Of a stretch of 64,000 bases of DNA, positions 42,101-60,034 are shown piece by piece. The position numbers and the translations under genes were made by a program. Below the pieces are notes generated by a model. It saw only the letters and a list, made by a program, of their open reading frames with translations, ran no database searches and was not told where the DNA came from. The stretch is from positions 99,916,489-99,980,488 of the forward strand of contig OX597824.1 of assembly GCA_951406725.2 (NCBI GenBank), in the 5' to 3' direction. How positions within the stretch are numbered: position 1 is the stretch's first letter; each line of letters begins with the position of its first letter. The DNA is from Octopus vulgaris. Its lineage: Eukaryota.

Positions 42101-45100
42101 CGTTAAATGAAGTTAAATGACATGACGCTTAAAAATGACATGACGTTATATGACGTTAAATCACGATAAATGATATGACGTTAACTGACTTTATATGACA
42201 TGACATTAAATGAAGTTAAATGAAAAAACGTTAAATGACATGACGTTAAATGACGTTAAATTACGTTACATGACATGACGTTAATTGACTTTAAATGACG
42301 TGAAATGACATGATGTTAAATGACGTAAAATGACATTACGTTAAATGACTTTAAAGGATATGACTTTAAATGACGTTAAATGACATGACGTTAAATGACG
42401 TTATATGTCGTTAAATGATATGATGTTGAATGACGTTAAATGACATGGCGTTTTATGACGCTAAATGACGTTAAATGACGTTAAATGTTATGACGTTAAA
42501 TGATGTTAATTGACATGACATTAAATGACATGACGTTAAATGACGTTAAATGATATGATGTTAAATGACGTTTGAGAACATGACCTTAAATGACGTTAAA
42601 TGACATGACGTTAAATGACATGACGTTAAATGACCTTAAATGACATTACGTTCAATGTCGTTAAATGACATGACGTTAATTGACGTTAAACGTCATGACG
42701 TTTTAAATGACATGACGTTAAATGACGTTAAATGACATGACGTTAAATGACTTTCAATGACGTTAAATGACATGACGTTAAATGACGTTAAATGACATGA
42801 CGTTAAATGACTTTAAATGACGTTAAATGACATGACGTTAAATGACGTTAAATGACATGACGTTAAATGATGTTAAATGACATGACGTTAAATGACGTTA
42901 AATGACGTTAAATGACATGACGTTAAATGACGTTAAATGACATGATGTTAAATGACGATAAAATGACATTACGTTAAATGACATGATGACGTTAAATGAC
43001 GTTAAATGACATGACGTTAAATGACGCTATATGACATAACGTTAAATGACGTTAAATGACATGATAAATGACTTTAAATGACATGAAATTAAATGTTGTT
43101 AAAAGACATCACGTTAACTGACGTAAAACAACTATAAATGACATGACGTTAAATGACATTAAATGACATGACGTTAAATGAATTTAGATGACATGACATT
43201 AAATGACGTTAAATGACATGATGTTAAATGACGTTAAATGACATGACGTTAAATGACGTTAAATGACGTTAAATGATATGACGTTAAATGACATTAAATG
43301 ACACGACGTTCAATGACGTTAAATGACGTTAAATTACATGACGCTTTAAATGACATAATGACGGTAAATGAGATGACGTTAAATGACGTTAAATGAAGTT
43401 AAATGACATGACGTTATATGACGTTAAATCACGTTAAATGATATGACGTTGAATGACGTTAAATGACATTAATGACGTTAACTGACATTAATGACGTTAA
43501 ATGACGTTAAATGACATGACGTTAAATGACGTTAAATGACATGACGTTAAATGAAGTTAAATGACATGACGTTAAATGACGTTAAATGATGTTAAATGAC
43601 ATGACGTTAAATGACGTTAAATGACGTTAAATGACATGACGTTAAATGATGTTAAATGACATGAAGTTAAATGACGTTAAATGACTTTAAATGACATGAC
43701 GTTAAATGACGTTAAATGACATGACGTTAAATGACGTTAAATGACATGACGTTAATTGACGTTAAATGACGTTAAATGACATGACGTTCAAATGTCGTTA
43801 AATGACGTTAAATGCCATGATGTCAAACGATGTTAAATGACTTTTAATGACATGTTAAATGACATGAAATGACATGACGTTAAATGACATGACGTTAAAT
43901 GATATTAAATGACATGACGTTAAATGACGTTAAATGACATGACGTTAAATGACGTTAAATGACATGACGTTAAATGACGTTAAATGACGTTAAATGACAT
44001 GACGTTAAATGACGTACTTTAAATGGAGTTAAATTACATGACGTTAAATGACGTTAAATAACGTTAAGTAACATGACCTCAATTGACGTTAAATGACGTT
44101 GAATTACATGACGTTAAATGACGTTAAATGACATGATGTTAAATAACGTTAAATGTCCTTACGTTAAATGACTTGAAATGACATGACGTTAAATGACGTT
44201 AAATGACATGACGTTAAATGACATGACGTTAAATGACACGATGTTAAATGACGTTAAATGACATGACGTTAAATGACACGACGTTAAATGACGTTAAATG
44301 ACGTTAAATGACATGACGTTAAATGACGTTAAATGACATGATGTTAAATGACGTTAAATGACATGACGTTAAATGACGTTCAATGTCGTTAAATGATATG
44401 ACGTTAAATGACGTGAAATGACATGACGTTAAATTACGTTAATTGACATGAAGTTAAATGACGTTAATAGACATGACGTTTAATGACATTAAATGTTATG
44501 ACGTTAAATGATGTTAATTGACATGACATTAAATGACATGACGTTAAATGACGTTAAATGACATGATGTTAAATGACGTTAAATGACATGACGTTAAATG
44601 ACGTTAAATGACGTTAAATGACATGACGTTAAATGACGTTAAATGACATGACGTTAAATGACGTTAGATGACGTCAAATGACATGACGTTAAATGACGTT
44701 AAATGACGTGCCGTTAAATAACGTTAAATGACATGACGTTAAATGACGTTAAATGACATGACGTTAAATGACATAACGTTAAATGACGTTAAATGACATG
44801 ACGTTAAATGACATTAAATGACATGACGTTAAATGACGTTAAATGACATGACGCTAAATGACTTTAAATGACAAGACGTTAAATGACTTTTATTGACAAG
44901 ACGTTAAATGACGTTAAATGATATGACTTTAAATGACAAGACGTTAAATGACGTTAAATGACATGATGCTAAATGACATTAAATGATATAACTTTAAATG
45001 ACGTTAAATGACGTTAAATGTCATGACGTTTAATGACGGTAAATGACATGACGTTAAAAGACGTTAAATGAAGTTAAATGACATGCCGCTTAAAAATGAC

Positions 45101-45956
45101 ATGACGTTATATGACGTTAAATCACGTTAAATGATATGACGTTGAATGACATTAATAACGTTAACTGGCTTTATATGACATGACATTAAATAAAGTTAAA
45201 TGACAAGACTTTAAATGGAGTTAAATTACATGACGTTAAATGACGTTAAATGACGTTAAATGACATGACCTCAATTGACGTTAAATGACGTTAAATGACG
45301 TTGAATTAACTGACGTTAAATGACGTTAAATGACATGATGTTAAATAATGTTAAATGACATGACGTTAAATGACGTTAAATTACCTTAAATGACATGATG
45401 TTTAATGATGTTAAATGTCCTTACATTACATGACTTTAAATGACATGACGTTAAAGGACGTTAAATGACATGACGTTAAATGACATGACTTTAAATGACA
45501 CGATGTTAAATGACGTTAAATGACTTGAAATGACACGACGTTACATGACGTTAAATGACGTCAAATGACATGCGGTTAAATGACGTTAAATGACATTACG
45601 TTAAATGACGTTAAATGACATGACGTTAAATGACGTTAAATGACATGACGCTAAATGACGTTAAATGACCTTAAATGACATTACGTTCAATGTCGTTCAA
45701 TGACGTTAAATGACATGACGTTAAATGACGTTAATTGACGTTAAATTACATGACGTTAAATGGCGTTAATTGACGTTAAATGACATGACGTTAAATGCCG
45801 TTAAATGACATGACGTTAAATGACGTTAGATGACGTCAAATGACATGACGTTAAATCACTTTAAATGACATTACGTTAAATGACGTTAAAGTACATGACG
45901 CTAATTGACGTTAAATGACGTTAACTGACACGACGTTAAATGATGTTAAATGACCC
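30106..45956 (+). repeat. ~15.8 kb satellite of mixed 10-bp (GACGTTAAAT) and 15-bp (GACATGACGTTAAAT) units
   Basis: Directly visible periodicity with sharp boundaries. Stop-rich and non-coding. Confidence 0.98.
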
Positions 45957-46120
45957 ACTGGAAAATACGAAAGCTAAAAGAGGCAGCACGCAAGCTAGGA
46001 CCTAATAACCTCCTAAGCAAGCCTAGTTTTTTTGTTATTAGCATATAGCAACCTGTATTAAGGAAGAATAAGAAAACTTTAGATTTATAAACCCTAAAAT
46101 TTACTCCATAGTTGTCCACA

Positions 46121-46390
46121 GGCATATGACGTAGTGGTTAAGAACATGGGCTACAAACCCAAAGATTATGAGTTTGATTCCAGTCAGCGACCTGAATAAT
46201 AAAAATAACAATAACATCGGAAAATTACCTTAGGAATGAGAACCCAAGTTTGAAATTCCCCCAGAACACCTGATGAAGGCTGGAGAGTACATCAGCTTAA
46301 ACGTGTTAACAACAAACAAGATGAGGACAAATATCCATCAAATGTAAATAATGTACATAATTCCTTATCTCTCAAATATAGAACTGAGTT
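46121..46390 (+). mobile_element. tRNA-headed SINE with a hammerhead-like 3' region
   Basis: A box TGACGTAGTGG and B box GAGTTTGATTCC. Downstream CTGATGA-aggctg...cagct-TAAAC. Confidence 0.65.
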
Positions 46391-47290
46391 ATAAATTTAT
46401 TCACCATATTCCCAGCTTAGATTCGCATGCTTATTGCAGTGGTCTCTTAGTTTTTCTAAGTCCTGTAAAAGAACTCGACTAGGCCTTTGATGAAACCACT
46501 AAAGTGAAGAACTTTCCAGCTCCTGCTTCTGTGTGTGTGTAACAGAAATGGCAAGAAATTAATGTATATTATTCGTGCGAGTTTACACATGTTTCTAATA
46601 AGGTTGAAGAAGCACATTTCCCTAGTCTGATGCCATAATTGATTGATTGAATAAAGTAGAGAATAGGCTTTCTCCATTTATCTTCCTCGGAGCTAAAATC
46701 CTTTTGGTTGCAATGAAAGAAATGTGAGCAACATAATATATATGAATGCATCCACTTTGCTTCATGCTTTCGCTTGGTAGGGCTGGAGTCATCTCAGGTT
46801 AATGGTCTTAGAGAGGTCATTGTGCATAGATCTGACCAGGTCCACTGATGCTTCCCATCCCTAGCAACCTTGTACCAGTGCCTCTGCATCACCCAAGATT
46901 ATATCAAACCTCTGGAGATCATCGTTTATCATGTTCAGCCATCTGGTGCAGGGCTTGCCATAGGCCCCTTCCAGCCTGTAGCTGCTGTGTCAAATGAGAG
47001 TGAGGCCCTGGCAAGAAGAAGACAGTGTGTTTATATTTACACATATTTGTATATATATGTGTGTGTGTGTAATTACACATAAAAATGCATGTGTATATAT
47101 CTGTGTTGTATCTCTGTATTCATAGTATCATTGTTATCGTTCCAATGCTAGGTGAGGGCCACTGAGCTGTGTGTTCTGAACGAGAAAGAGAAACTCCACT
47201 CCTACCAACCTCCACAGTCTTGGAGTGAAGCAGCCATTGTGGAGAACAATATGAGAGGTAAGTATATGGTCTGAGGGAAGGGGTAGACCA

Positions 47291-47600
47291 TAGTTGTTGT
47301 TTAACCCCAGGTCAATCCTGATCCAGTCAGATATTTCGTCAAAGATGTTCCAGCTGTGACCATCCCATCTTTGAGTCAGACATGGTGTATCTAAGACTAC
47401 ATTATCTAATGTTTAGTATAGTAGTTAGTATTAGTGGCTATAGTTGTGTTGCTTAGCCCCAGGTCAGTCCTGATCCAGACAGACCTATGATCAAAGACGT
47501 TCCAGCTGTGACCATCCCATCTTTTATTCAGACATGGTGTATCTAGGACTACAGTATCTAATGTTTAGTATAGTAGTAAGTATTAGTGGCTATAGTTGTT
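47291..47600 (+). repeat. Tandem duplication of a ~150-bp short interspersed repeat
   Basis: 47291-47440 is similar to 47441-47590. Related inverted remnants lie near 29870-30030 and 26830-26885. Confidence 0.85.
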
Positions 47601-47611
47601 GTTGTTTGGTC

Positions 47612-48035
47612 ATGGGTGATGGTGATTTGTCAGAATTGTTCTTTCAGCTCTTTGTGTTCTGATTTCAAATTCCACAATGGTTGACTGTGTCTTCCACCCT
47701 TTCAGGGTCGATAAAATGAAGGACCAGTCAAGAACTGGGTTCGATATAATCAACTCATCTCCACCTTCCACAAGCAGCCCTTGTAATAAAATTTGAATAT
47801 ATTATTATTATTATTAGGTAATGAGCTGGCAGCATTGTTAGCATAACGTATGAAATGCTTAGTGGTATTTTGTCCATTGCAACATTCTGAGTTCAAATTC
47901 TGCTGAGGTTGACTTTGTCTTTCATCCTTTCGAGATCGATGAATTAAGTACCAGTAATACACTGTGGTCAGTGTAATCGACTAGTCCCCTACCACAAAAT
48001 TTCAGGCCTTGTGTCTTTAGTAGTAAGGATTATTA
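47612..48035 (+). mobile_element. Two tandem tRNA-derived SINE copies
   Basis: B box ctga(g/t)ttcaaattc, core ...cttc(c)a(c/t)cctttc.ag.gtcgat(a/g)aa..., (ATT)n tails. Confidence 0.8.
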
Positions 48036-48040
48036 TTATT

Positions 48041-48078
<38 letters not shown>

Positions 48079-48829
48079 TTTTCTTATTTCTGTCCACAGA
48101 GAGCTGCAACCTGGAATCTACATTTTATCGATCCATTGACATCCGCAGCAAAGAACTACGGGAGACTCTGTCTGCTAGTAAATCTCAACACCAAGATAAG
48201 CCCTCAAGCCGGGATTCCACCCATGATGACCACCACCAATTGGCTGAAACTGTAAAGGCTTCAATTGGTGCCAAACGTACGAAGAGTGATGGGTTCGAGT
48301 CTTTCTTAATGCAGTCGGTGGTGGGAGGTGATCTGCAAATAGCAAGAGGAGAGAGACGGGTACTCTGAGGGGTGTCAGCAGTGCTGGTATTGATGATGGT
48401 AAGGATGATGGTATTGATGATGGTATTGATGATGGTAAGGAAGTGGAGGAGTGGAAAATTCTGAAGAGGAAGGATACATTTGATTGCAATGTTGAGCTTG
48501 GTTGTGGCTCCCTAGAACCACATGCATCAAAGTTGAAGCTGTCTCTTTGCCCCATTTCTTATCCTGGGGACTTCAGTGTCCCTGAGGTCAGAGACAAGCT
48601 GTCCCTTGAAGATAGGCTGTTGATCCTCAGGGACCAGATTGACTACAACAAGAGAACAGACACTATTATGGAGTGTTTGCTGCAGTCATTCTTGATTGAC
48701 GATTCATTGGATCATGACAATGATGAACTCTTCACAGAGGATTGTGGGTAATTGCTTGGGATTTTGGGTAATAATTCGGGATTATAAGCAATAACTGGAT
48801 GTTGGAGGTAATAACCAGGGCTATGAATT

Positions 48830-49313
48830 AGAAGGAGCGTTTTAAAGTCTCAGAAAATATCAAGTTCTAGGTTCAAACCCCACTAGGGTCGACTTTGCTT
48901 TTCATCTTTATGGGGTTGGTAAAATAAAAATGTACCAGTCATGTCTGGGTGTTGATTTCATCATTTGATTGCTGATGGCTGCCCCAACCTCTTTGTCCCA
49001 TAAATCTCCAGCCTTGTGCTTATGGTATAAACTGATTTTATAATTGCTGCTCTTCAGGCAAAATTTTAAACCATTATTATTATTATTATATAATGAAGGC
49101 AGTGAGTTGGCAGAAACATTAGTACACTGCACGAAATGCTTAGCAGTATTTCGTTGGTCTTCATGTTCTGAGTTCAAATGTCACCAGGGTCAACTTTGCC
49201 TTTCATATTTTCGGGGTTAATAAATTAAGTACCAATGAAACACTGGGATCAATGTAATTGACACATTCCCTCCCCTCAAATTTGGCGATTGTGCTTCTAG
49301 TAGAAAGGAGTTG

Positions 49314-49360
<47 letters not shown>

Positions 49361-49367
49361 TATTATT
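48830..49367 (+). mobile_element. Two tRNA-derived SINE copies with a (TTA)n tail
   Basis: Same family core (ggtcgactttgc.tttcat...ggggtt.ataaa), followed by (TTA)n at 49315-49367. Confidence 0.8.
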
Positions 49368-49586
49368 CAGCTCACAACTTACATTTTCTACAGTGATTGG
49401 TCCCAAGAATCCCCTAAAAGATCTCTCTCCCTTTCACCAATCTCCAAATCCATGGTCTTGGGCCAATGTAAACAAGCCTCATCATCATCATCTTTGTATA
49501 GATATAAAATCCAGTTTACTTTTGAAGAAAATGATATTTGAACAAACTTCTTTTTCTATGAAAATGAAAAGTTTGGTTCATTGTTG

Positions 49587-49621
49587 GGAAAACACCATTA
49601 AACAATATGTATATATGTATG

Positions 49622-49656
<35 letters not shown>

Positions 49657-49899
49657 CAATATGTATGTATGTATGAATATATATATATGTATGTATATGT
49701 ATATATATATATTATATATATGTATATATATATATATGTATGCATATATATATATATATATATATGTATGTATATATATATGTGTGTTTCTGTGTGTGTA
49801 TGTATATATATATGTGTGTGTATATTTGTGTGTGTATGTATATATATGTATGTATGTATATATGTGTGTGTATATATGTATGTATATATATGTTATATA

Positions 49900-49948
<49 letters not shown>
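49587..49948. repeat. Compound (TA)n/(TATG)n/(TG)n microsatellite
   Basis: Direct inspection. Confidence 0.95.
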
Positions 49949-49954
<6 letters not shown>

Positions 49955-50097
49955 TGTAGATACCAGTTCAATGTATGAACATTTAAATCTGATTGGGAAA
50001 CTAATCTGAAAAAAATAAAAACCATGTATAAATGGATCCTCACTTGCAGCCAGTTGGTGAATTGTTTTCAGCTTTAATAAAATAGTATATACATATA

Positions 50098-50425
50098 TAC
50101 TGAGTGTCCTGATATTAAGGCAACTGAAGTTTCAGTATTAAATAACTATCAATGAATGTGATAAGATATGAAAATTATACATCATTATAAAACTTAGTAT
50201 GCCTTCTTTTTGTTTCAGACAAAATAAATTAAATAATGACTATAGACTAAAATACAATCATGACCATCCACAAAGAATGCGAAAGTAATAGAGCTATAGC
50301 AAAAATCCTTAATAGTAACCAAAAAAACAGCCTCGAAAATTGTAAAGAAATTTCAAGAGACTGATTCCACTGCAGATCAACCTGGACATGGCCAAAAAAG
50401 AAGTGTGAAGACCCCTCAGTTATGA
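50098..50425 (+). mobile_element. Tc1/mariner 5' fragment (end plus HTH region)
   Basis: Begins after TA. Remnant peptide ESNRAIAKILN...IVKKFQETDSTADQPGHGQKRSVKTP is typical of the transposase HTH/GRPR region. Confidence 0.6.
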
Positions 50426-50838
50426 CCCTTTATTTTTTCCAAAATCTCTAATTGGTGGGTGGGAGAAAGATATCCCACAAACAGGAGGCGTAACAGGAAT
50501 GCATACAACTGATAAATCCTCTTCTAAAAGGACCCCGAATGTCAGGTGATGATTTTAGAAAAGGGTGGAGGATTAAGTCTATCACCAAATACTGCAAGAT
50601 ATTTCAAGCTATGTATATGATATGTGGGTTATGTGGTTTACTCTTGAAATCATTGAGCTGTGACCATGCTTTGGTGGGTCTAATCAATCATATAAACCCC
50701 AACACTTGCTTTTAAGTCTGTCATCTATTCATAATCTAAATATTTGTGGAACAGCTAGGTTAGGAAACCTACTGAAGATTTTAATTAATCAGTAAGTACT
50801 GAGAAATTTACAGCATGCTTTAATGATGGAAAGTATTT

Positions 50839-50839
<1 letters not shown>

Positions 50840-50916
<77 letters not shown>
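50840..50916. repeat. (GT)n microsatellite
   Basis: Perfect dinucleotide run. Confidence 0.98.
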
Positions 50917-50918
<2 letters not shown>

Positions 50919-51014
50919 CAGCATGGAATTTTGTCAGTGAACTGGTCGCAGTCTCAAAGCGATGAAAATATTTTGACAAAGAAAAATGACAACATTATTC
51001 AAAAGAAGATTTGT

Positions 51015-51632
51015 TTTTTCTAGGTCGGAGCTGAAAAAACTAATAAGGAGAATACAGGAGGCGGTCGAAAAAGCCAGCTTCTATATATGGCTGAAACGGG
51101 AAGACCAAAGCTGGCTTGAAAGTCATAATATGCCAGCAGGAAAATAACATCACTAGATGAGACAGGCTGACACTGAATTAGCTTCGCTGATTGACAGGTG
51201 ACGGTCTCATTTAAAGAATGCGTGGGGTAAGACTACGCACCTTCATTGGTCAGTTAAAGTTGAGACGGTGTCATGTGACAACTTGCTGGGGCTGCCTGCT
51301 GGAGCCTAGCGGCAGGTATTTAAAGGGAAAAAATTTGACAAGACAGTCAGTCGCTCGTTGACGCTACATTGAAGAGGCCAGGGAACAGAAGACAGAAGAC
51401 ACCTGCGAAAGGGAGGGCCCCTCCACGTCAAAACGGTAGAGGAGTAGGGGCCGAAACCGGACGTGGTTCCTCCTGATGATGTCTTGAGCTAACTGGCTCC
51501 TAGAAAGGAGCTGTTGTAGCAGACCACGAGACACGGTTGAAATTCCTCCAATTTAAAAGTTGAAGTAAATCTAACGGTTTTTGTGTGTTTCTTAAATGGC
51601 TTATAAACACCTTCCATGCTGCCACTGTTTTT
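51015..51632 (+). mobile_element. 3' end of an RLE-type non-LTR retrotransposon (HERO/NeSL-like) with GC-rich 3' UTR
   Basis: SRSELKKLIRRIQEAVEKASFYIWLKREDQSWLE...* (stop 51145-51147) resembles the E.AS.W.WLKR C-terminus of HERO-type ORFs. Ends at (TA)n. Confidence 0.62.
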
Positions 51633-51635
51633 ATA

Positions 51636-51688
<53 letters not shown>

Positions 51689-51709
51689 ACGCTAAACGAT
51701 GATGATATA

Positions 51710-51751
<42 letters not shown>
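51632..51751. repeat. (TA)n and (TAA)n microsatellites with a ~20-nt RTE terminus (ggacgctaaacgatgatgat) embedded
   Basis: Direct inspection. Confidence 0.85.
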
Positions 51752-57425
<5,674 letters not shown>

Positions 57426-57800
57426 GTACCTTTACAGTAGTTATAGAGTCCGGTGTCAGAGGTGATGGAGATGGAACATTTTGATCTTCAACAGTAAAGA
57501 TGCCTGCATAGCATCCGACAATGATTTCTGTACATTCTTTGGGATTGTCAGTAATCTGGCCTGTGTGGGGATTGCAAAGGGGGCCAATTGGAGAGTGATG
57601 TCTCTGCTTTGAATGTACATACTTCCAGAACACTTTGCTGTCAGGGCTGGTTGCTATGCACTGTTCGAATTCAAGCACTGTCTTTTTTGTCACCTGCTTG
57701 AGATGGTTGGATGATCTATTGCGCTTTTTCCTGTTGATCTCTGATTTGTGCATTTTGTATTCCTGTTCAGCATTACGACGTACCTATCCGTACCGTAGTA
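57426..57800 (-). mobile_element. CR1/L2-type LINE ORF2 fragment (EN-RT linker)
   Basis: FEQCIA...DSKVFWKYVHSK....IGPL.......DNPKECTEI...YAGIFTVED matches the K.FWKY / IGPL / F.SVFT.E pattern. Confidence 0.75.
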
Positions 57801-58339
57801 CAAAGGTTTAAAAAAAAGACGTGAAGATATAGCACACTTGTTAGGGAGATATATAAGGTGTTTTATTTTTTTGTGGTTAACTGTTCCCGCTTTTCTCATT
57901 GTAGTATGTGTGTATACAAAAAGATACAATAATATATATATAATCAAGAGATTTAAGGAGTCAATGGTTGTGTTTATAACGTGCGCACAATACCGTAATT
58001 TTGCTACAAAATTCCTTTGATCATATGTCTGTTTGGTTAAATTTTAGTTCATTAGGAAAGAATGTTATGAATTATAATATCCTATCAATAGTTTCTTTCT
58101 ACAATAGAGAATAATACATAAAAATATATCAATCTTATTTTGTATAGGGTATGAAAATGACGTTGATATATGTATTCTGCCTAATACGAAACAACGCGTC
58201 TACAATTAAGACAGCAATGATTTTCGGATTACACAGCGAATATAATTCAAGTTTCAATAAAGTTTATTAAAAAACAGTTTTAAATATTTTTGATGATTTT
58301 ATTCCGTATTAATAAACCTTAATTCAGTTATTTCGTTTG

Positions 58340-58508
58340 ATACGAATGCGAAAGTAATGTGACGAAGGAAATTGCTACCATTAATTAATCGAAGCGCCAT
58401 GTTTAAATGAAAGACGAGGGAAAAATTCAACGGAAAAAGTTTTTCGGTTTTAAAATTTAATTAATGGAAAAGAAGGTTAATTTCTTCAATCAATATACGA
58501 AGGTAAGT
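58340..58508 (+). promoter_or_regulatory. Candidate promoter and non-coding first exon
   Basis: Local CpG enrichment, YY1-type motif CGCCATGTT at 58395-58403, consensus donor AAG|GTAAGT after 58502. Confidence 0.4.
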
Positions 58509-58799
58509 TAATTACTTTTCGATTTATTTACTTTGACATGGAGAAAATTACCCCGAGTGATATTTCTTAAGTATATAAAAACGTTGATAGATGGAAACTG
58601 AAAGGATATTCCCTTTTCCCCTCTCTTTACACACACACACATATATACACACATACAGATATACGTGTATATACCCACACACGCATATATCCTATCTAAA
58701 ACAAAAATTACAACAGAAATTACAACATGAAACGTATTTTATGAGGTTTAGGAGATATTTTCTGCTATCTCCCTAGTGAACAGGTTACAGACTTTTGTC

Positions 58800-58962
58800 G
58801 CTATTTACTCGTTTACTCTCATTTAACTGTGGCCATGCTGAAGCACCACCTTCAGTCGAGCATATCGACCCCAGGACTTATTCTTTGTAGGCCTAGTACT
58901 TATTCTAACAGTTTTTTTTCGGTGAACCTCTAAGTTACGGGGACGTAAACAGACTAGCATTG
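58800..58962 (-). mobile_element. SINE fragment of a second family
   Basis: gtggccatgctgaagcaccacc...atcgaccccaggacttattctttgt...ctaagttacggggacgtaaac. A degenerate relative lies at ~50655-50770. Confidence 0.6.
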
Positions 58963-59642
58963 TTTATGGTTAAGATTTCTTAATTAATATCAGTTTCTAT
59001 ATTAGTGTATGCATCTTTAGTGAAATGATGATGAACTCTCTTACAATATGACTATGTGAATTGCTGAAATTATGATATATTGTAAATTTCACGAATATTT
59101 GAATGACAGGAAAGCTATCCTGTTTCCTAACTTGCAGATTTATTTTTCCCAAGTCATTTGATTAATTCGTTATGTTTGTAAAACAGGGGAATGCCTCAAA
59201 TTTTAGAGGAAGTGGTTAATTGATTAAATTGATCTTATTACTTGACTTGCACTTTTTTTATCAACCATGAAAGGAAGAGAAACAAAGTTAGCCTCAACAG
59301 GATTTGAAACTAGAACATAAAGAGCTGGTAGAAATATTGGAAGGTATTTTGCCAACACTAACAATTGTGCCTCTCCACCATCTTAAGTTTAATAGAATAA
59401 AATCTGTGAATGAATTTTTATGAATTTCTTGTGTAGTTTTAATGAAAGTTGGTCTCACATTGCCTGCATTTATATCTTTCCTGAGACATGTAAAAGTTTC
59501 CATTTGCATAATGTTTGCCTGTAATATAAATGGTTTACAGAAAGAATTGCTACTTGTCACTTCAAATAAAGAGTAGTGAACTGATACTAAAGCCAAAATT
59601 TTCCTTTCGCTACTATTAGGATGTTTTTCTTTTTACTTTCAG

Positions 59643-60034
59643 GGTTAAAAAATGAATGATTACACTTATGGGTTTACATGCAGACTTTTGTTTATCTTAT
59701 ATCCTTCTATATGTTGGATATGCAAATTTCACGAAGCGGGGATAGACACAACTGTCTTCACACAAGCCACTTCAGATTACTCTACTAAACACATTACTCC
59801 AATAAATACAAACTCTGAACAACGTCAACAACTTCCATGAACTCCCAATGACTCTTATGACTCTCTTTGTCTCAACCAATATGCTAGTTTTTGTTATAAG
59901 AGTTTTGCTAGTCCATTCTTCCAATCCCATAGGGTTACCAATGACTCTCACCACAACAGTTTATACATGTAGACTTTTCTTTATACATGTAGATTTTACC
60001 AAGCAAGTAGCCCCATGTGAAGCTTCACCTGCAT
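59643..60034 (+). other. Candidate spliced exon without a through-reading frame (5'UTR or lncRNA)
   Basis: Long pyrimidine tract plus CAG at 59620-59642, GTAAGT at 60035. Only short ORFs. Confidence 0.3.

Noticed and set aside
30106-45956. Telomeric or coding repeat
   Set aside because: It is not a G-rich TTAGGG type, is interstitial with unique flanks, and is dense with stops.
46121-46195. Functional tRNA gene
   Set aside because: A and B boxes are present, but there is no complete cloverleaf or terminator and it continues into a SINE body.
49203-50043. YI/CV/NN-rich ORFs
   Set aside because: They are microsatellite translations.
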